This document shows, one piece after another, positions 1-10,193 of a stretch of DNA of 64,000 nt. The notes beneath the pieces were generated by a model. That model made no database searches, was not told the origin of the DNA, and saw nothing but the letters and a program-made list of their open reading frames with translations. Where the stretch lies: positions 5,658-69,657 of the forward strand of contig DAIUKG010000017.1 of NCBI GenBank assembly GCA_036848375.1. Reading direction: 5' to 3'. The stretch's first letter is position 1, and each line of letters opens with the position of its first letter. This DNA comes from Spirochaetota bacterium (GTDB taxonomy: Bacteria > Spirochaetota > UBA4802 > UBA5550). The translations under genes were made by a program, and so were the position numbers.

Positions 1-1627
1 ACAGCTCAAGGAGATCAAAAAAGAGCTTGGACTGGAAAAGGACGAGAAGACCACCGAGATCGAGAAGTTCGAGGAACGGATACAGAAAATCCATCTCAGC
101 GAAGAGGCGGCCCGGAAGGTCGACGAGGAGATCCAGAAGATGCGCCTTCTTGAGCCGCATTCGGCCGAATACGGCGTGAGCAGGAACTATCTCGACTGGG
201 TCACGTCGCTTCCGTGGGGGGTATACTCCGAAGACAACTATGACCTGACAAAGGCGAAGAAGATACTGAACCGGGACCATTACGGCCTTGATGACATAAA
301 GGAACGCATTCTCGAGTTCATAAGCACGGGAAAGATGAAGGGTAACATCTCGGGTTCCATCATCTGTTTTGTGGGCCCTCCGGGGGTGGGCAAGACCTCA
401 ATCGGCAAGTCCGTTGCCGAGGCCCTGAACAGAAAATTTTTCAGGTTCTCGCTCGGGGGGATGAGGGATGAGGCCGAGATCAAGGGCCACCGCCGAACCT
501 ACATCGGCGCCATGCCGGGCAAGATAATCCAGAGCCTGAAATATGTGGGTGTCGCCAACCCGGTTATCATGCTCGACGAGATAGACAAGATCGGGGCGAG
601 CTTCCAGGGCGACCCCGCTTCTGCGTTGCTTGAGGTACTCGACCCCGAGCAGAACGTGCAGTTCCTTGACCACTACATCGACCTTCGTTTTGACATATCC
701 AATACGCTCTTTATCGCGACCGCGAACCAGCTCGATACCATCCCCAGGCCCCTTCTTGACCGGATGGAGGTGATGAACCTCTCGGGCTACATCATGGATG
801 AGAAGCTCCAGATAGCGAAGAAATACCTTGTTCCCAAGCAGACCCTGGAGCACGGCCTTAAAAAGGGAATGGTGAAGATTGACAGCAAGGCCTTGAAGGA
901 GATTATCAACGGTTACGCCAGGGAGGCCGGCGTGAGGAGCCTTGAAAAGCATATAAAGAAGATAATGCGCAAGACCACGAGAAAACACGCGGAAGGGAAT
1001 ACGAAACCCGTTACCATAACCCCGAAAAATCTTGAACAATATCTGGGCAAGCCCCGGTTTACCGATGAGTCCCTGTACGATAAAAAGATACCCGGCGTGG
1101 TCCTCGGGCTTGCCTGGACGAGCATGGGCGGGGCGACCCTGTATATCGAAGCGACGGCAATACCTTCCGGCAGCAGAGGCTTCCAGCAGACCGGCCAGCT
1201 CGGTGGCGTCATGAAGGAATCTTCCGAGATCGCGTATACCTATGTGAATTCCCGGATCGAAGAATACGGCATTGACCGGGAATTTTTTGAGAAGCACCGC
1301 ATCCACCTTCATGTTCCTGCCGGCGCCACGCCCAAAGACGGGCCCTCGGCCGGGATCACGATGGCGACCGCCCTGTATTCGCTCGCGCGGAACAAACCCA
1401 TAAAAAAGGGAATAGCCATGACCGGAGAGCTTACCATTACCGGGAAAGTGCTTCCCATAGGCGGCGTCAAAGAAAAGACCATTGCCGCCAAAAGGGCCGG
1501 CGTAAAGACCATCATTTATCCCTATGAAAACAAAAAAGACTATGACGAACTTCCCGCATATATTAAAAAAGGGCTCAAAGCCCACTTTGTGAATTATTTT
1601 GATGAAGTTCTTAAAATAGTGTACTGA
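1..1627 (+). CDS. lon: Lon protease, ATP-dependent (5'-truncated at window edge; AAA+ and protease domains present)
   Basis: The reading frame is open from position 1, and the first in-frame Met is at 140. The translation has a Walker A motif GPPGVGKTS and the Lon protease domain motif [15 protein letters not shown], which contains the catalytic Ser. Confidence 0.9.
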   Translation, partial: QLKEIKKELGLEKDEKTTEIEKFEERIQKIHLSEEAARKVDEEIQKMRLLEPHSAEYGVSRNYLDWVTSLPWGVYSEDNYDLTKAKKILNRDHYGLDDIKERILEFISTGKMKGNISGSIICFVGPPGVGKTSIGKSVAEALNRKFFRFSLGGMRDEAEIKGHRRTYIGAMPGKIIQSLKYVGVANPVIMLDEIDKIGASFQGDPASALLEVLDPEQNVQFLDHYIDLRFDISNTLFIATANQLDTIPRPLLDRMEVMNLSGYIMDEKLQIAKKYLVPKQTLEHGLKKGMVKIDSKALKEIINGYAREAGVRSLEKHIKKIMRKTTRKHAEGNTKPVTITPKNLEQYLGKPRFTDESLYDKKIPGVVLGLAWTSMGGATLYIEATAIPSGSRGFQQTGQLGGVMKESSEIAYTYVNSRIEEYGIDREFFEKHRIHLHVPAGATPKDGPSAGITMATALYSLARNKPIKKGIAMTGELTITGKVLPIGGVKEKTIAAKRAGVKTIIYPYENKKDYDELPAYIKKGLKAHFVNYFDEVLKIVY

Positions 1628-1662
1628 TCATCAAGGGCGATCTAACGGGTAAGCTCAACCTT

Positions 1663-1676
1663 CCTGTTATAACAGG
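1663..1676. promoter_or_regulatory. Perfect 14-bp palindrome cctgttataacagg between lon and the first AraC gene
   Basis: The palindrome was read directly from the sequence. It has no downstream T-tract, so it is either a weak terminator or an operator site. Confidence 0.25.
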
Positions 1677-1713
1677 TCTGCCCGGATGACATTCCGTTGT
1701 TTGATTAACTGAT

Positions 1714-2808
1714 ATGTCGATACCGGTATTTATTATTTACTTTTCGTTTGGCCTGTCACTGGTGATGGCGGTCGGATACCTCGTCAGGTCTCTCAGGTTC
1801 AGAAATGTCATCCTTGCCATAATGACTTCGGAACTCGGTTTCTTTTCGTTTTTCATTTACCTCCTGAATTCAAGAAAAATTTACCTGTATCCCGACCTGT
1901 TCCTGGTGCAGATACCGGTTGTGGTCAGCATCGGCCCGATCATGTATTTTTATGTGCTCAGCCTGACGGAGAATAAAAATAAATTCGACCGGGGCGATTT
2001 GCTTCATTTGGTTCCTACGCTGCTCGCTTTTGTTTTTGTAGTTGTGTACGCGATTGTTTTTGACACTGACAACAAGAAGATTTTAATCAGCAAGATGCTT
2101 CAGGATGACGGTTTTATTCTGCTCCGGGGTATCCTTACGTCAGGAGCGGCTGTTTTTCTTCCGGTTATCTATACTGCGGTTTCGATCATGCGGATACGCA
2201 ACCGCGTGAAAAGGGGCAATATCGCCTACCGGACGATCATGATGCTTATGGGAATAATCCTGCTCTGGTTTTTCATGGGCATGGTCGGCATAGTGGGCAC
2301 CATAACCATATCAACTCCGGCCCTGGAAATAGTGAATTATTTCCTCGCCATAATTATCATCATGTTCTATTTTCTGAGCCAGAAATACCCGTATTTAATG
2401 CAGTTCGCGACCATTCCCGTCAAAAAGAAGTCATATGCGAAATCGCATCTTGACCGCGTAGACCTGACAAGCCTCCGAAAACAGCTCAAGATACTTATGG
2501 AAGAAGAAAAGCTTTTCTGCGATGAAGACTTAAGCCTTGCCCGGCTCAGTGATGCGCTCGGGATAACGCAGCACCAGCTTTCACAGTTTCTTAACACGTA
2601 CCACCAGCAGAACTTCAACAATTTCCTCAACAGTTACCGGGTCAATGAAGCGAAAAAGATTTTTCTCGAAGAACCGAACCGCCAGACCCTGTCAGTTGCC
2701 TATGCGGTCGGCTTTAATTCATACTCGGCGTTCCATGCCGCGTTTAAAAAGCATACCAGTATGTCCCCGGCCCAGTTCAGGCGCAGTCAGGAGCTTGACA
2801 ACGAATAA
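1714..2808 (+). CDS. AraC/XylS-family transcriptional regulator with an N-terminal polytopic membrane domain (about 6 TM helices)
   Basis: The C-terminal roughly 100 aa carry an AraC helix-turn-helix signature (LSQFLNTYHQQNF, SVAYAVGFNSYSAFHAAFKKHTSMSPAQFR). The N-terminal roughly 230 aa are hydrophobic and multi-spanning. Confidence 0.75.
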   Translation: MSIPVFIIYFSFGLSLVMAVGYLVRSLRFRNVILAIMTSELGFFSFFIYLLNSRKIYLYPDLFLVQIPVVVSIGPIMYFYVLSLTENKNKFDRGDLLHLVPTLLAFVFVVVYAIVFDTDNKKILISKMLQDDGFILLRGILTSGAAVFLPVIYTAVSIMRIRNRVKRGNIAYRTIMMLMGIILLWFFMGMVGIVGTITISTPALEIVNYFLAIIIIMFYFLSQKYPYLMQFATIPVKKKSYAKSHLDRVDLTSLRKQLKILMEEEKLFCDEDLSLARLSDALGITQHQLSQFLNTYHQQNFNNFLNSYRVNEAKKIFLEEPNRQTLSVAYAVGFNSYSAFHAAFKKHTSMSPAQFRRSQELDNE

Positions 2809-2898
2809 CATCTCGTTATTATTAACAATACAGTATTCTTGTTGAAAAAAATCATTTTCCGCATAATTCTTGCCAGGTAGTATGTTGAGGGGGGCGCT

Positions 2899-3987
2899 TT
2901 GGATTTATTTACTGTTTGTGTCTTTTCAGGGATCTGTATTGCCGGCCTTATTGTTCTGTCAATCGCGGTCAGGCCCTGGTGTTTCAGGAGCAGGGTTGTG
3001 GCGATGCTTATCGTACTTCAGGGTTATCTGCTTTTCTTTTTATATCTCATGGCGACTCAGAAAATATTCCACTGGCCCTGGCTTTTTTTTACCCAGATGC
3101 CCGCGTCGCTGCTTCTCGGGCCGTTGAGCTACGTGTATATCCAGATTGTGCTTGATGATAAAAAGGGCCTTGACCGGCAGGACTGGCTGCATTTCATCCC
3201 CTTTGCCGCGTCGGCGCTGGTCCTGTTCCCCGTGTTTAATTCCGGTTCTGGCCGAATGAGGGAGATCATCTACAATACCGTTGTTAAAGCTGACAATCTG
3301 CCCCTGAGAATGGCCCTGGTTGCCGTTATCGGTGCCATTGCGCTATATCTTGGCATACTGATAAAAAATGTCTGGAAAAGGGGCAGAATCGAAAACCGGG
3401 CGCAAAACCTTCTTCTCGTGTTCAACGGGTTTCTTTTCCTGGGGCCGGCAATTTTTATGGCGGGCATTGCCGGTATCATTATCTATTCTTCCGGTCTCTT
3501 GAAATTCAGTTGTATCATGATTGTGTGCATCATGCTGTTTATGTATGTAATAATGCAGCGGTTCCCGTATCTCGTTTTTTTCGGGACCGTTCCCGGTTTC
3601 GGGGAAACGGCACGGCGGCAGATCATGGGGACTGAAGAGGTCGCGGTTATGGACCGGCAGCTGAAACTGCTCATGGAGGATGAGCGCTTTTACGCGGATG
3701 AAGACCTCACCCTGACCCGGCTGAGCAGCGCGCTTGAGGTGACCCCTCATGCCCTGTCCCGTTTTCTCAACGAGCAGCATTCACTTAATTTCACCGGCTA
3801 TGTCAACCGGTACCGCGTCAGGGAAGCGGAACGGATGCTCATTGAGAAACCGGCCATGAATACGATGTCGGTCGCCTATTCGTCGGGCTTCGGCACATAC
3901 TCGGCATTTTATTCCGCTTTCAAAAAAGAGACCGGCATGACACCGGCAGAGTACCGGTTGAAAAAAAAGAGGGAAGGTCCGGCTTAA
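2899..3987 (+). CDS. Second membrane-anchored AraC/XylS-family regulator, a paralog of the upstream gene
   Basis: It has the same architecture as the upstream gene. Its C-terminal region (LSRFLNEQHSLNFTGYVNRYRVREAE, SVAYSSGFGTYSAFYSAFKKETGMTPAEYR) aligns with the upstream protein, and its N-terminus is a multi-TM domain. Confidence 0.75.
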   Translation: MDLFTVCVFSGICIAGLIVLSIAVRPWCFRSRVVAMLIVLQGYLLFFLYLMATQKIFHWPWLFFTQMPASLLLGPLSYVYIQIVLDDKKGLDRQDWLHFIPFAASALVLFPVFNSGSGRMREIIYNTVVKADNLPLRMALVAVIGAIALYLGILIKNVWKRGRIENRAQNLLLVFNGFLFLGPAIFMAGIAGIIIYSSGLLKFSCIMIVCIMLFMYVIMQRFPYLVFFGTVPGFGETARRQIMGTEEVAVMDRQLKLLMEDERFYADEDLTLTRLSSALEVTPHALSRFLNEQHSLNFTGYVNRYRVREAERMLIEKPAMNTMSVAYSSGFGTYSAFYSAFKKETGMTPAEYRLKKKREGPA

Positions 3988-4086
3988 ATTTTCTGACTGT
4001 TGAGTTTTCGCGGCTCATACACGAAAGCTCATTCTCGGGCCTGGGGAACGCATCATTCAAATTCATGACTGCTGGAGAATAGAGAC

Positions 4087-6894
4087 ATGATTCGACACTG
4101 GATCAGGTTTACGGTCGAGCATCCAAAGATCGTGATGACGCTTTTGCTTCTGGCTACTGTTTTTTCCCTGGCGGGCCTGCCCGGGTTGAGGTTTGACCCT
4201 TCCACTGAAGCAATGATGCCGCATGACGATCAGGCAGCCACAGTGGGCGAAAGGGAGGATGTGCTTTTCGGGGACAGCGGGAGTTTTTTTGTAACGGCCA
4301 TTGAGCCTGCTCCGGGATTCGGGCTTTTTTCTCAGGCGGTTTTTATCCATCTTAACGCGCTGGTCAGCGAGATTGAGGAATTCAGGGAATTCGATAAAGA
4401 GGTTGAAGACCGGCGTCTGAACCGGCTGTGCAAACTGGGTGCCATATCGTATCCCGAAACTAAGGAACCTGCTTCGGATGACAGCATGCCCCGGCCCCGA
4501 ATGACACGAAGAGAATATAATTACCGCCTGTACCGTCCCGTTACGGTTGTTCGCATCAAGGAGGCGCTGGACTCGGGCGGTGTGCGCCAGCTGGAATCAG
4601 TGATGAAATATCTGAAAATTGGCTCCCTGAAAGAAAACCATGAGCTCAGCGTGGATGAATTTAAGCGGATACTGGAAACCTGGGAGACCCTGTACCGGTA
4701 TAAGTCTTTGAGGATCGTGAAGGTGTTCATGAACCCCCTGTCAGGCCAGGACATTCAGCGGAAGAAGAAGGAACTGGTTTCCGTTGATCTTGTTCCCGTG
4801 CAGAAGGGCGCGCGCCCCCTTCCTGAGGACAGCGATGATTTCGAGGCATATAAAAAAAGGCTCCTCGCGAACCCTTCCTTTGAATGGACGATTTATTCAC
4901 GGGATAATGCGGGCTTAATTACTTCTCTGGGCATGAGTGTTTTATTGAGGCATTCAGATGACTACCGTGAAATCTTTGCTTATTTATCTCAGGTGATTGA
5001 AAAGTACAACACCGATCCGGTTATGCTGTCCATGAGCGGCATCCCCGTGGTCCGGAAGTATATCAGCGACCGTATGCGCGTCGATCTGGAGAGATTGCTG
5101 CCGCTGGCGATGATTGTCATAATCATTTTTCTGTGTCTGAATTTCGGCGCCATGAGCGGGCTGCTGCTGCCGGTTCTCTCCATGGTCATGGGATCAGTGT
5201 GGACCCTGGGCATCATGGGCCACCTGAAAATTCCGGTGACGCTGATCACCTGCATGCTCCTGCCGCTTCTCGTTGTTGCCGGCGTGTTTTATTCCATGCA
5301 CCTGTTCAGCCAGTTCCTGCGGGACAGGGCAGCAATCAGGGGGGCGCACCGGAAGTTTTTCCTGATCAGTTCACTGGGGAGCGTGTCTTCAACGGTTTTT
5401 GCGGCAGCGCTGATAACTTCCGGCGGTTTAATGGCCATGCCGATCAATCATACGGGGTCGCTCATTGAGTTCGGGATTTTCGCGTCGCTCGGAACGCTGC
5501 TCTGTATGGCGGCGTCCGTGATGCTTGTCCCGTCCGCCCTGATTTTGATGAGGGCATCTTACGCGGGAGAGAAAAAAGAAGCGCGGATGAAATCGCTGCT
5601 CAGCACCGCTGTTGAACGGATGATGTCTTTTTTCGTCCGCATCGCTCTTGAGAAGAACAGGGCTGTTGTGGCAGGTGCGCTTGTTCTGTGTATTATTTTT
5701 ATCTTCGGAATCAGAAAAATAGTCGTCGATACCGGCCTGCTTTCTGGTTTCAGGGCGCACTCTGCTGATTATGAGTCGTATCTCAGGGTTTCAGATTTGT
5801 TCAGGGGTTCAGAGATGTTAAATCTTGTCATTGATTCCGGTAAAAAGGACGGCGTCAAAGACCCGAAATTCCTTATCTCGGTCGAAAAGCTCCGGATGTG
5901 GCTCACGGAGCCGGGGAACCGGGAACGTTATCACCTGGTGCACACCGCGGCTTTCGGTGATGTGGTCAGGCAAATGAACATGGCGATGAACGAAGGCGGA
6001 AAGGAAAATTATGCCGTTCCCGATGAGGAGTCAACCATTGCTGAGTATCTTGAACAGTACAGCGGAACCGACAGCGATTCTGACGGCATGCCTGACAGCC
6101 TTGAACAATTTATCGACCGGGACTACCGTTATATGAATGTGCTTGTACGCATCGGCAGTGCGGGCGGCGGGCCCGTGAGCAGCTCCATAATAAGAGAAGG
6201 GCAGGAGCGGGTCCTGGCGTATCTGGGGTCAAAGCCCGAAACAGCACACTATGCCTGTTTTTTTTCCGGTGATGCCATCAATCGTGCAGCACTGGCTGAT
6301 CTCATTCTTGAGGGAACACAGATCAGCATGCTGCTTGCCCTGATAATTGCCGGTGTGTCTATTGTTGTTCTTTTCAGGAACGTCATGACGGGATTGATCG
6401 CGTTGATCTCTATCGGCTTCAGCGCCGGCGCCGTTTACGGCATTATGGGCTATGCGGGTATTCCGCTGACCATAACCATGGCCCTGCTTTCCCCGGTTGC
6501 CGTTGTTGCCGGTGTTGACAATGCGTTTCACATTTTAAAAAAATTCAGGATGAACCTTTCGCAGGGACTTTCAAGGGAAAGCGCCCTTAAAGAAACGCAT
6601 CATGAAACAGGCAGTGCCATTGTCTATGCCGCGTTTGTTCTGGTACCGGTATTTTCGGTGCTCATGTTTTCTCAATTCAGGCCGTTCTTTTATTTCGGCT
6701 TACTCTGCGTGATGTTTATTATCGTGAACGTGCTTTGTATGCTGATCCTGCTCCCTTCGACGATTCTGCTGTCAGATATTCATCCCGAAAAAGAAATGAA
6801 AGGACGCTTTTTTTCGTTTTTTCCGGGAATTGATGACAGAGTGGGCAGCACAGAGGATGGTGTTCATGATAATGCAGGTTCGCATGATAAATGA
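4087..6894 (+). CDS. MMPL/RND-superfamily membrane exporter (935 aa; two TM bundles flanking a large hydrophilic loop)
   Basis: The protein has an N-terminal TM helix, a hydrophilic domain of about 300 aa, a first TM cluster (residues about 340-520), another hydrophilic domain, and a second TM cluster (about 740-890). This is the typical MMPL/HpnN-like topology. Confidence 0.7.
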   Translation: MIRHWIRFTVEHPKIVMTLLLLATVFSLAGLPGLRFDPSTEAMMPHDDQAATVGEREDVLFGDSGSFFVTAIEPAPGFGLFSQAVFIHLNALVSEIEEFREFDKEVEDRRLNRLCKLGAISYPETKEPASDDSMPRPRMTRREYNYRLYRPVTVVRIKEALDSGGVRQLESVMKYLKIGSLKENHELSVDEFKRILETWETLYRYKSLRIVKVFMNPLSGQDIQRKKKELVSVDLVPVQKGARPLPEDSDDFEAYKKRLLANPSFEWTIYSRDNAGLITSLGMSVLLRHSDDYREIFAYLSQVIEKYNTDPVMLSMSGIPVVRKYISDRMRVDLERLLPLAMIVIIIFLCLNFGAMSGLLLPVLSMVMGSVWTLGIMGHLKIPVTLITCMLLPLLVVAGVFYSMHLFSQFLRDRAAIRGAHRKFFLISSLGSVSSTVFAAALITSGGLMAMPINHTGSLIEFGIFASLGTLLCMAASVMLVPSALILMRASYAGEKKEARMKSLLSTAVERMMSFFVRIALEKNRAVVAGALVLCIIFIFGIRKIVVDTGLLSGFRAHSADYESYLRVSDLFRGSEMLNLVIDSGKKDGVKDPKFLISVEKLRMWLTEPGNRERYHLVHTAAFGDVVRQMNMAMNEGGKENYAVPDEESTIAEYLEQYSGTDSDSDGMPDSLEQFIDRDYRYMNVLVRIGSAGGGPVSSSIIREGQERVLAYLGSKPETAHYACFFSGDAINRAALADLILEGTQISMLLALIIAGVSIVVLFRNVMTGLIALISIGFSAGAVYGIMGYAGIPLTITMALLSPVAVVAGVDNAFHILKKFRMNLSQGLSRESALKETHHETGSAIVYAAFVLVPVFSVLMFSQFRPFFYFGLLCVMFIIVNVLCMLILLPSTILLSDIHPEKEMKGRFFSFFPGIDDRVGSTEDGVHDNAGSHDK

Positions 6895-6915
6895 CCGGAT
6901 GACGATCGCGCGTTG

Positions 6916-8616
6916 TCAGGAACGAGCTTTAGTATAATCGAGTATTTCCCTGTAAGCCGGACCTTCCAGATTTTCCCAGTTTACCAGGGGTTCCATTTTC
7001 ATGGTCCCTATGACCCTGCCGCTGTGCGCCGCCAGATTCTGGTAAAGCTGCCGCGCTTTCGGATGCATAATAACTTTAACCGGCCCGAGCTGGTTGAGGT
7101 CCCTGGCAAGCTTGTAATGCAGATGGCTTATCAGGCGTTCTTCCGCAAAGGACGAAATTTTTTCCGGCGTTACCCCTTCGGCTCCCAAATCACAGAGGAT
7201 GAGATAGTAGGGGCCGGTATTTTCGGTATAGTCTCTGGGTATGGCCAGAAGGCTCAGCGCGTTTACGGTGAAATGCTCTGATATTTCGTTCAAAACTTTT
7301 TGCGCCAGATGCGACGAGAGCTGTTCACCGGCTATATTGGTTTCAGCAACCCTTCCTTCGTAACTGAAACAGGGGCATTGATCAATGAATCCCGTGACTT
7401 CCAGCCTGTCATGGAGGTTATACCTGAAAAGCCCTGAGCCGGTTGAAATCACGGGGCTTACGGTCTGCCCTTTTTTGAGGCCCCATGAGGGGATTATTCT
7501 ATTGGTTTCGAGATCGAGAAATTCGTAGAAATGGCTCGTGACCGCCAGCGCGTATTTCCCTTCAAAGGGGATGGTCACGACGCCTTCCGTGGCCCAGAGC
7601 CCTTTCCCCTGAAAGGTCGCGTTCGGGAAAAGCCGGGTCAATTCCCTGATCCATACCTGAGAAGAGCCGGTGTCCCATGAACTGATCATTTTCATTTCGG
7701 GCCACAGTTCCTGAAAAAACTGTTCAGAGAGGGTCCCTTTCCACTGCCGAAGAAGCTTCGCGGCCCCAGATGATCTGGGACACGGTAAAAACGAAAGGGC
7801 GGATGATCTGTCGCCCCATGATCCGCTTCCAAGGATGTCGGAAAGTTCTTCACGGTGAAGACTTAACTGGTCAAGGAGGTTCAGGGCCACTCCCGGATTC
7901 CATATTGATATCAAAGTAATATTTTTTTCTGCAGCTATATATGCCATGTTGGCGAGGCAGTAATCCTCATAATCATTTATGAAGGACACTTTTTCGGGCA
8001 CGGTCATAAACAGTGATTTGATTTTATTTTTAATATAGCCCTGTTCTTCGTCAGAGGCTGTTGACCTCATTTCTTCCCTGATGCCGGGGGGATACCAGGG
8101 TACGGACCAGAAATGTTTCCCGGAGAAAACGTCCCTGTTCCTTTTCATGAAATACACCAGGATCTGGGATGTAGCTGAATCAAGTTCAGAGAGGAAAAGA
8201 TCAGTGCAGGGTATCCATTTAATGCCATCGGTGATCCCGCTGGTAGGAAGGTAGTATCTGCATTTACTTCCGCTGATGACCGGTGAATTTTCCGATTTTT
8301 GTCTGATGATCATCTCCTCGATATCGCTGTAATCAATCAGCGGGACATTTTTGTTGAAATCCTCCCAGGTCATGGCCTCGTTTAGAGAATGTTTTTCTCC
8401 ATATTCGGTTTTTTGGGCGATTTTAAGGAGCGACGTCAGTTTTTTTCTCTGTACCTGTTCAATTCTGGAAAGGGAGCGTGAAAAACGGATATGCTCATAA
8501 TCTGAATAGTAGCGAGCGATCGACAGGAGTAGATTTTTTCTCAATGATGAGTTTAAAATGCTTTTCATTTTTATAATAACCGTCCGGACGAACTGCTTTA
8601 AGCAAATACAATGCAA
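6916..8616 (-). CDS. GH3-family acyl-adenylate/amido synthetase-like protein; the true start is probably the Met of MKSILNSS, 16 codons in
   Basis: Three GH3 or ANL-superfamily motifs were seen in the translation: LPTSGITDGIKWIP (AMP motif 1, like SSGTS), WATEGVVTIP (motif 2) and GLFRYNLHDRLEVTGF (motif 3, like YRYxxGD). The length of about 550 aa also fits. Confidence 0.55.
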   Translation of the reverse strand: MHCICLKQFVRTVIIKMKSILNSSLRKNLLLSIARYYSDYEHIRFSRSLSRIEQVQRKKLTSLLKIAQKTEYGEKHSLNEAMTWEDFNKNVPLIDYSDIEEMIIRQKSENSPVISGSKCRYYLPTSGITDGIKWIPCTDLFLSELDSATSQILVYFMKRNRDVFSGKHFWSVPWYPPGIREEMRSTASDEEQGYIKNKIKSLFMTVPEKVSFINDYEDYCLANMAYIAAEKNITLISIWNPGVALNLLDQLSLHREELSDILGSGSWGDRSSALSFLPCPRSSGAAKLLRQWKGTLSEQFFQELWPEMKMISSWDTGSSQVWIRELTRLFPNATFQGKGLWATEGVVTIPFEGKYALAVTSHFYEFLDLETNRIIPSWGLKKGQTVSPVISTGSGLFRYNLHDRLEVTGFIDQCPCFSYEGRVAETNIAGEQLSSHLAQKVLNEISEHFTVNALSLLAIPRDYTENTGPYYLILCDLGAEGVTPEKISSFAEERLISHLHYKLARDLNQLGPVKVIMHPKARQLYQNLAAHSGRVIGTMKMEPLVNWENLEGPAYREILDYTKARS

Positions 8617-8770
8617 CTGTCAATAAAAAATTTTTTAATTCGGTTGTTTTTATAGAGTGATCAATTTCATGGAAATTTAACCGGGCCTCATCAAGAGTGG
8701 TGAGTGGGGTCAGAGCACAACATTATATGGGTCTTTTTCGTTAAAGGCCCGGCAAAATGAGTTTTTCTAG

Positions 8771-8799
8771 TTGACATTATCAGCGTATTTACATAATTG
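8771..8799 (+). promoter_or_regulatory. sigma-70-like promoter (TTGACA-N15-CATAAT) just upstream of tRNA-Leu
   Basis: A TTGACA at 8771 and a cataat at 8792-8797 sit about 15 nt before the tRNA 5' end. Confidence 0.35.
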
Positions 8800-8813
8800 A
8801 CTGCATAACAACA

Positions 8814-8897
8814 GCCCAGGTGGTGGAATTGGTAGACACGCATGGTTGAGGGCCATGTGGGAATAATCCTGTGCGGGTTCAAATCCCGCCCTGGGCA
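8814..8897 (+). tRNA. tRNA-Leu (anticodon GAG), type II with a long variable arm
   Basis: A cloverleaf can be folded: acceptor gcccagg/cctgggc, T-arm tgcgg-gttcaaat-cccgc, anticodon loop ttGAGgg. No CCA is encoded. Confidence 0.85.
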
Positions 8898-8907
8898 CAA
8901 ATAAAAA

Positions 8908-8938
8908 TGAAGCTCTCGTGTGGAGAGCTTCATTTTTT
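8908..8938 (+). terminator. Rho-independent terminator after tRNA-Leu
   Basis: A 10-bp stem (tgaagctctc / gagagcttca) with loop gtgtg is followed by TTTTTT. Confidence 0.6.
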
Positions 8939-9002
8939 AACACACAGTGCGGTGAAATCCGGGTGAAAGCTTCCTGCTCCACCCAAATTTTGGAGAAAAG
9001 AT

Positions 9003-9509
9003 ATGGCTGTTGAACAGACTCTGATATTGATAAAACCGGACGGGCTCGTCAAATCCCTCACCGGGAACATCCTTTCCCGGCTTTCTGAAGCCAAGCTGAT
9101 CATTACCGCGGCCAAGGTCGTCCGTGTTTCGCGGGACCTCGCGGAAGAACACTACTCTCATCTCAAGGACAAGCCTTTCTTTGATGAGCTCATCGACTAC
9201 ATTATGGGAAAATTTCATCATTCAAACAGGATCGTGGCCTTCGTATACCAGGGAGAAGACGCCATCAAGAAAATCCGTGATATCGTGGGTGACACCAATC
9301 CTGAAGTAGCGAACCCGGTTTCAATACGCGGGGCCTATGGCAGGATCACCACCAGCGGTGTTTTCGAGAATGTGGTCCACGCTTCCTCCAGTAAAGAAGA
9401 CGCTGAAAAGGAAATCAAGCTCTGGTTTCAGCCTGATGAAATCATTGTGGACATCTACCCGACCAAGGAAGTTGCGTTGAACGATGTCAAGACCAGGGTC
9501 TGGGCGTAA
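9003..9509 (+). CDS. ndk: Nucleoside diphosphate kinase
   Basis: The N-terminus reads ILIKPDG and a NVVHASSSKEDAEKEI motif (like NxxHGSDS) is present. There is an RBS ggagaaaag upstream. Confidence 0.85.
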   Translation: MAVEQTLILIKPDGLVKSLTGNILSRLSEAKLIITAAKVVRVSRDLAEEHYSHLKDKPFFDELIDYIMGKFHHSNRIVAFVYQGEDAIKKIRDIVGDTNPEVANPVSIRGAYGRITTSGVFENVVHASSSKEDAEKEIKLWFQPDEIIVDIYPTKEVALNDVKTRVWA

Positions 9510-9524
9510 TGGTGACGGTATAAA

Positions 9525-10175
9525 ATGAGAATAATAATGCTTGGAGGGCCCGGGGCCGGAAAAGGGACGATGTCGGCCCTGATGGAGAAAGAATATTCAA
9601 TAGTGCAGATATCCACCGGGGACATCCTCAGGGCGGAAGTTAAAGAGGGTACTGCCCTGGGAAAGAAAGCTGCTGAATACATGAACCGGGGCGACCTTGT
9701 TCCTGATGAGATAATACTGGGGATGATGAAGGCCCGCCTCCAGAAAGAAGACTGCGCACGCGGATTCATCCTTGACGGGTTCCCCAGAACCATTGCCCAG
9801 GCCGAGTCCCTGGGCCGGATACTGGACGAGCTGGGAATCAAACTCGACGGTGTGATCAATCTTGAAGTTCCCGAGGACCTGCTGATCAAAAGGCTCACCA
9901 GCAGAAGGACCTGCTCCAATCCGGTGTGTCAGGCAGTGTATAACATCCACACCATGCCCCCGCGCAAAGAGGGCGTCTGTGACAAGTGCGGTTCCGCAAT
10001 TATTCAGAGGGATGATGAAAAAGAGGATGTTATCAGGAAAAGGCTCGCCACATACAACGAAAAGACCGCTCCCCTCATTGACTATTATTCCGGTTCGGAC
10101 GTATTTTTTTCATTGCCCTGCATTGTCGCCAGTGATGCAATGGATAAAATAGTTGAAAGATTTACGGCAATATAA
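9525..10175 (+). CDS. adk: Adenylate kinase (zinc-binding LID type)
   Basis: A P-loop GGPGAGKGT is present. The LID carries Cys pairs C..C...C..C (CSNPVC...CDKCGS). Confidence 0.9.
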   Translation: MRIIMLGGPGAGKGTMSALMEKEYSIVQISTGDILRAEVKEGTALGKKAAEYMNRGDLVPDEIILGMMKARLQKEDCARGFILDGFPRTIAQAESLGRILDELGIKLDGVINLEVPEDLLIKRLTSRRTCSNPVCQAVYNIHTMPPRKEGVCDKCGSAIIQRDDEKEDVIRKRLATYNEKTAPLIDYYSGSDVFFSLPCIVASDAMDKIVERFTAI

Positions 10176-10193
10176 ATTAATTGAACGAACAGG

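Noticed and set aside
398-1585. A 395-aa antisense ORF inside lon, and similar long antisense ORFs inside dnaX (11031-11906), ispG/cheB (56221-57847), flhB/flhA, the MMPL gene and others
   Set aside because: The sense-strand products have unambiguous family motifs (Lon, DnaX, IspG and so on). Long antisense ORFs are expected in GC-rich coding DNA because stop codons are depleted. They have no RBS or family signal.
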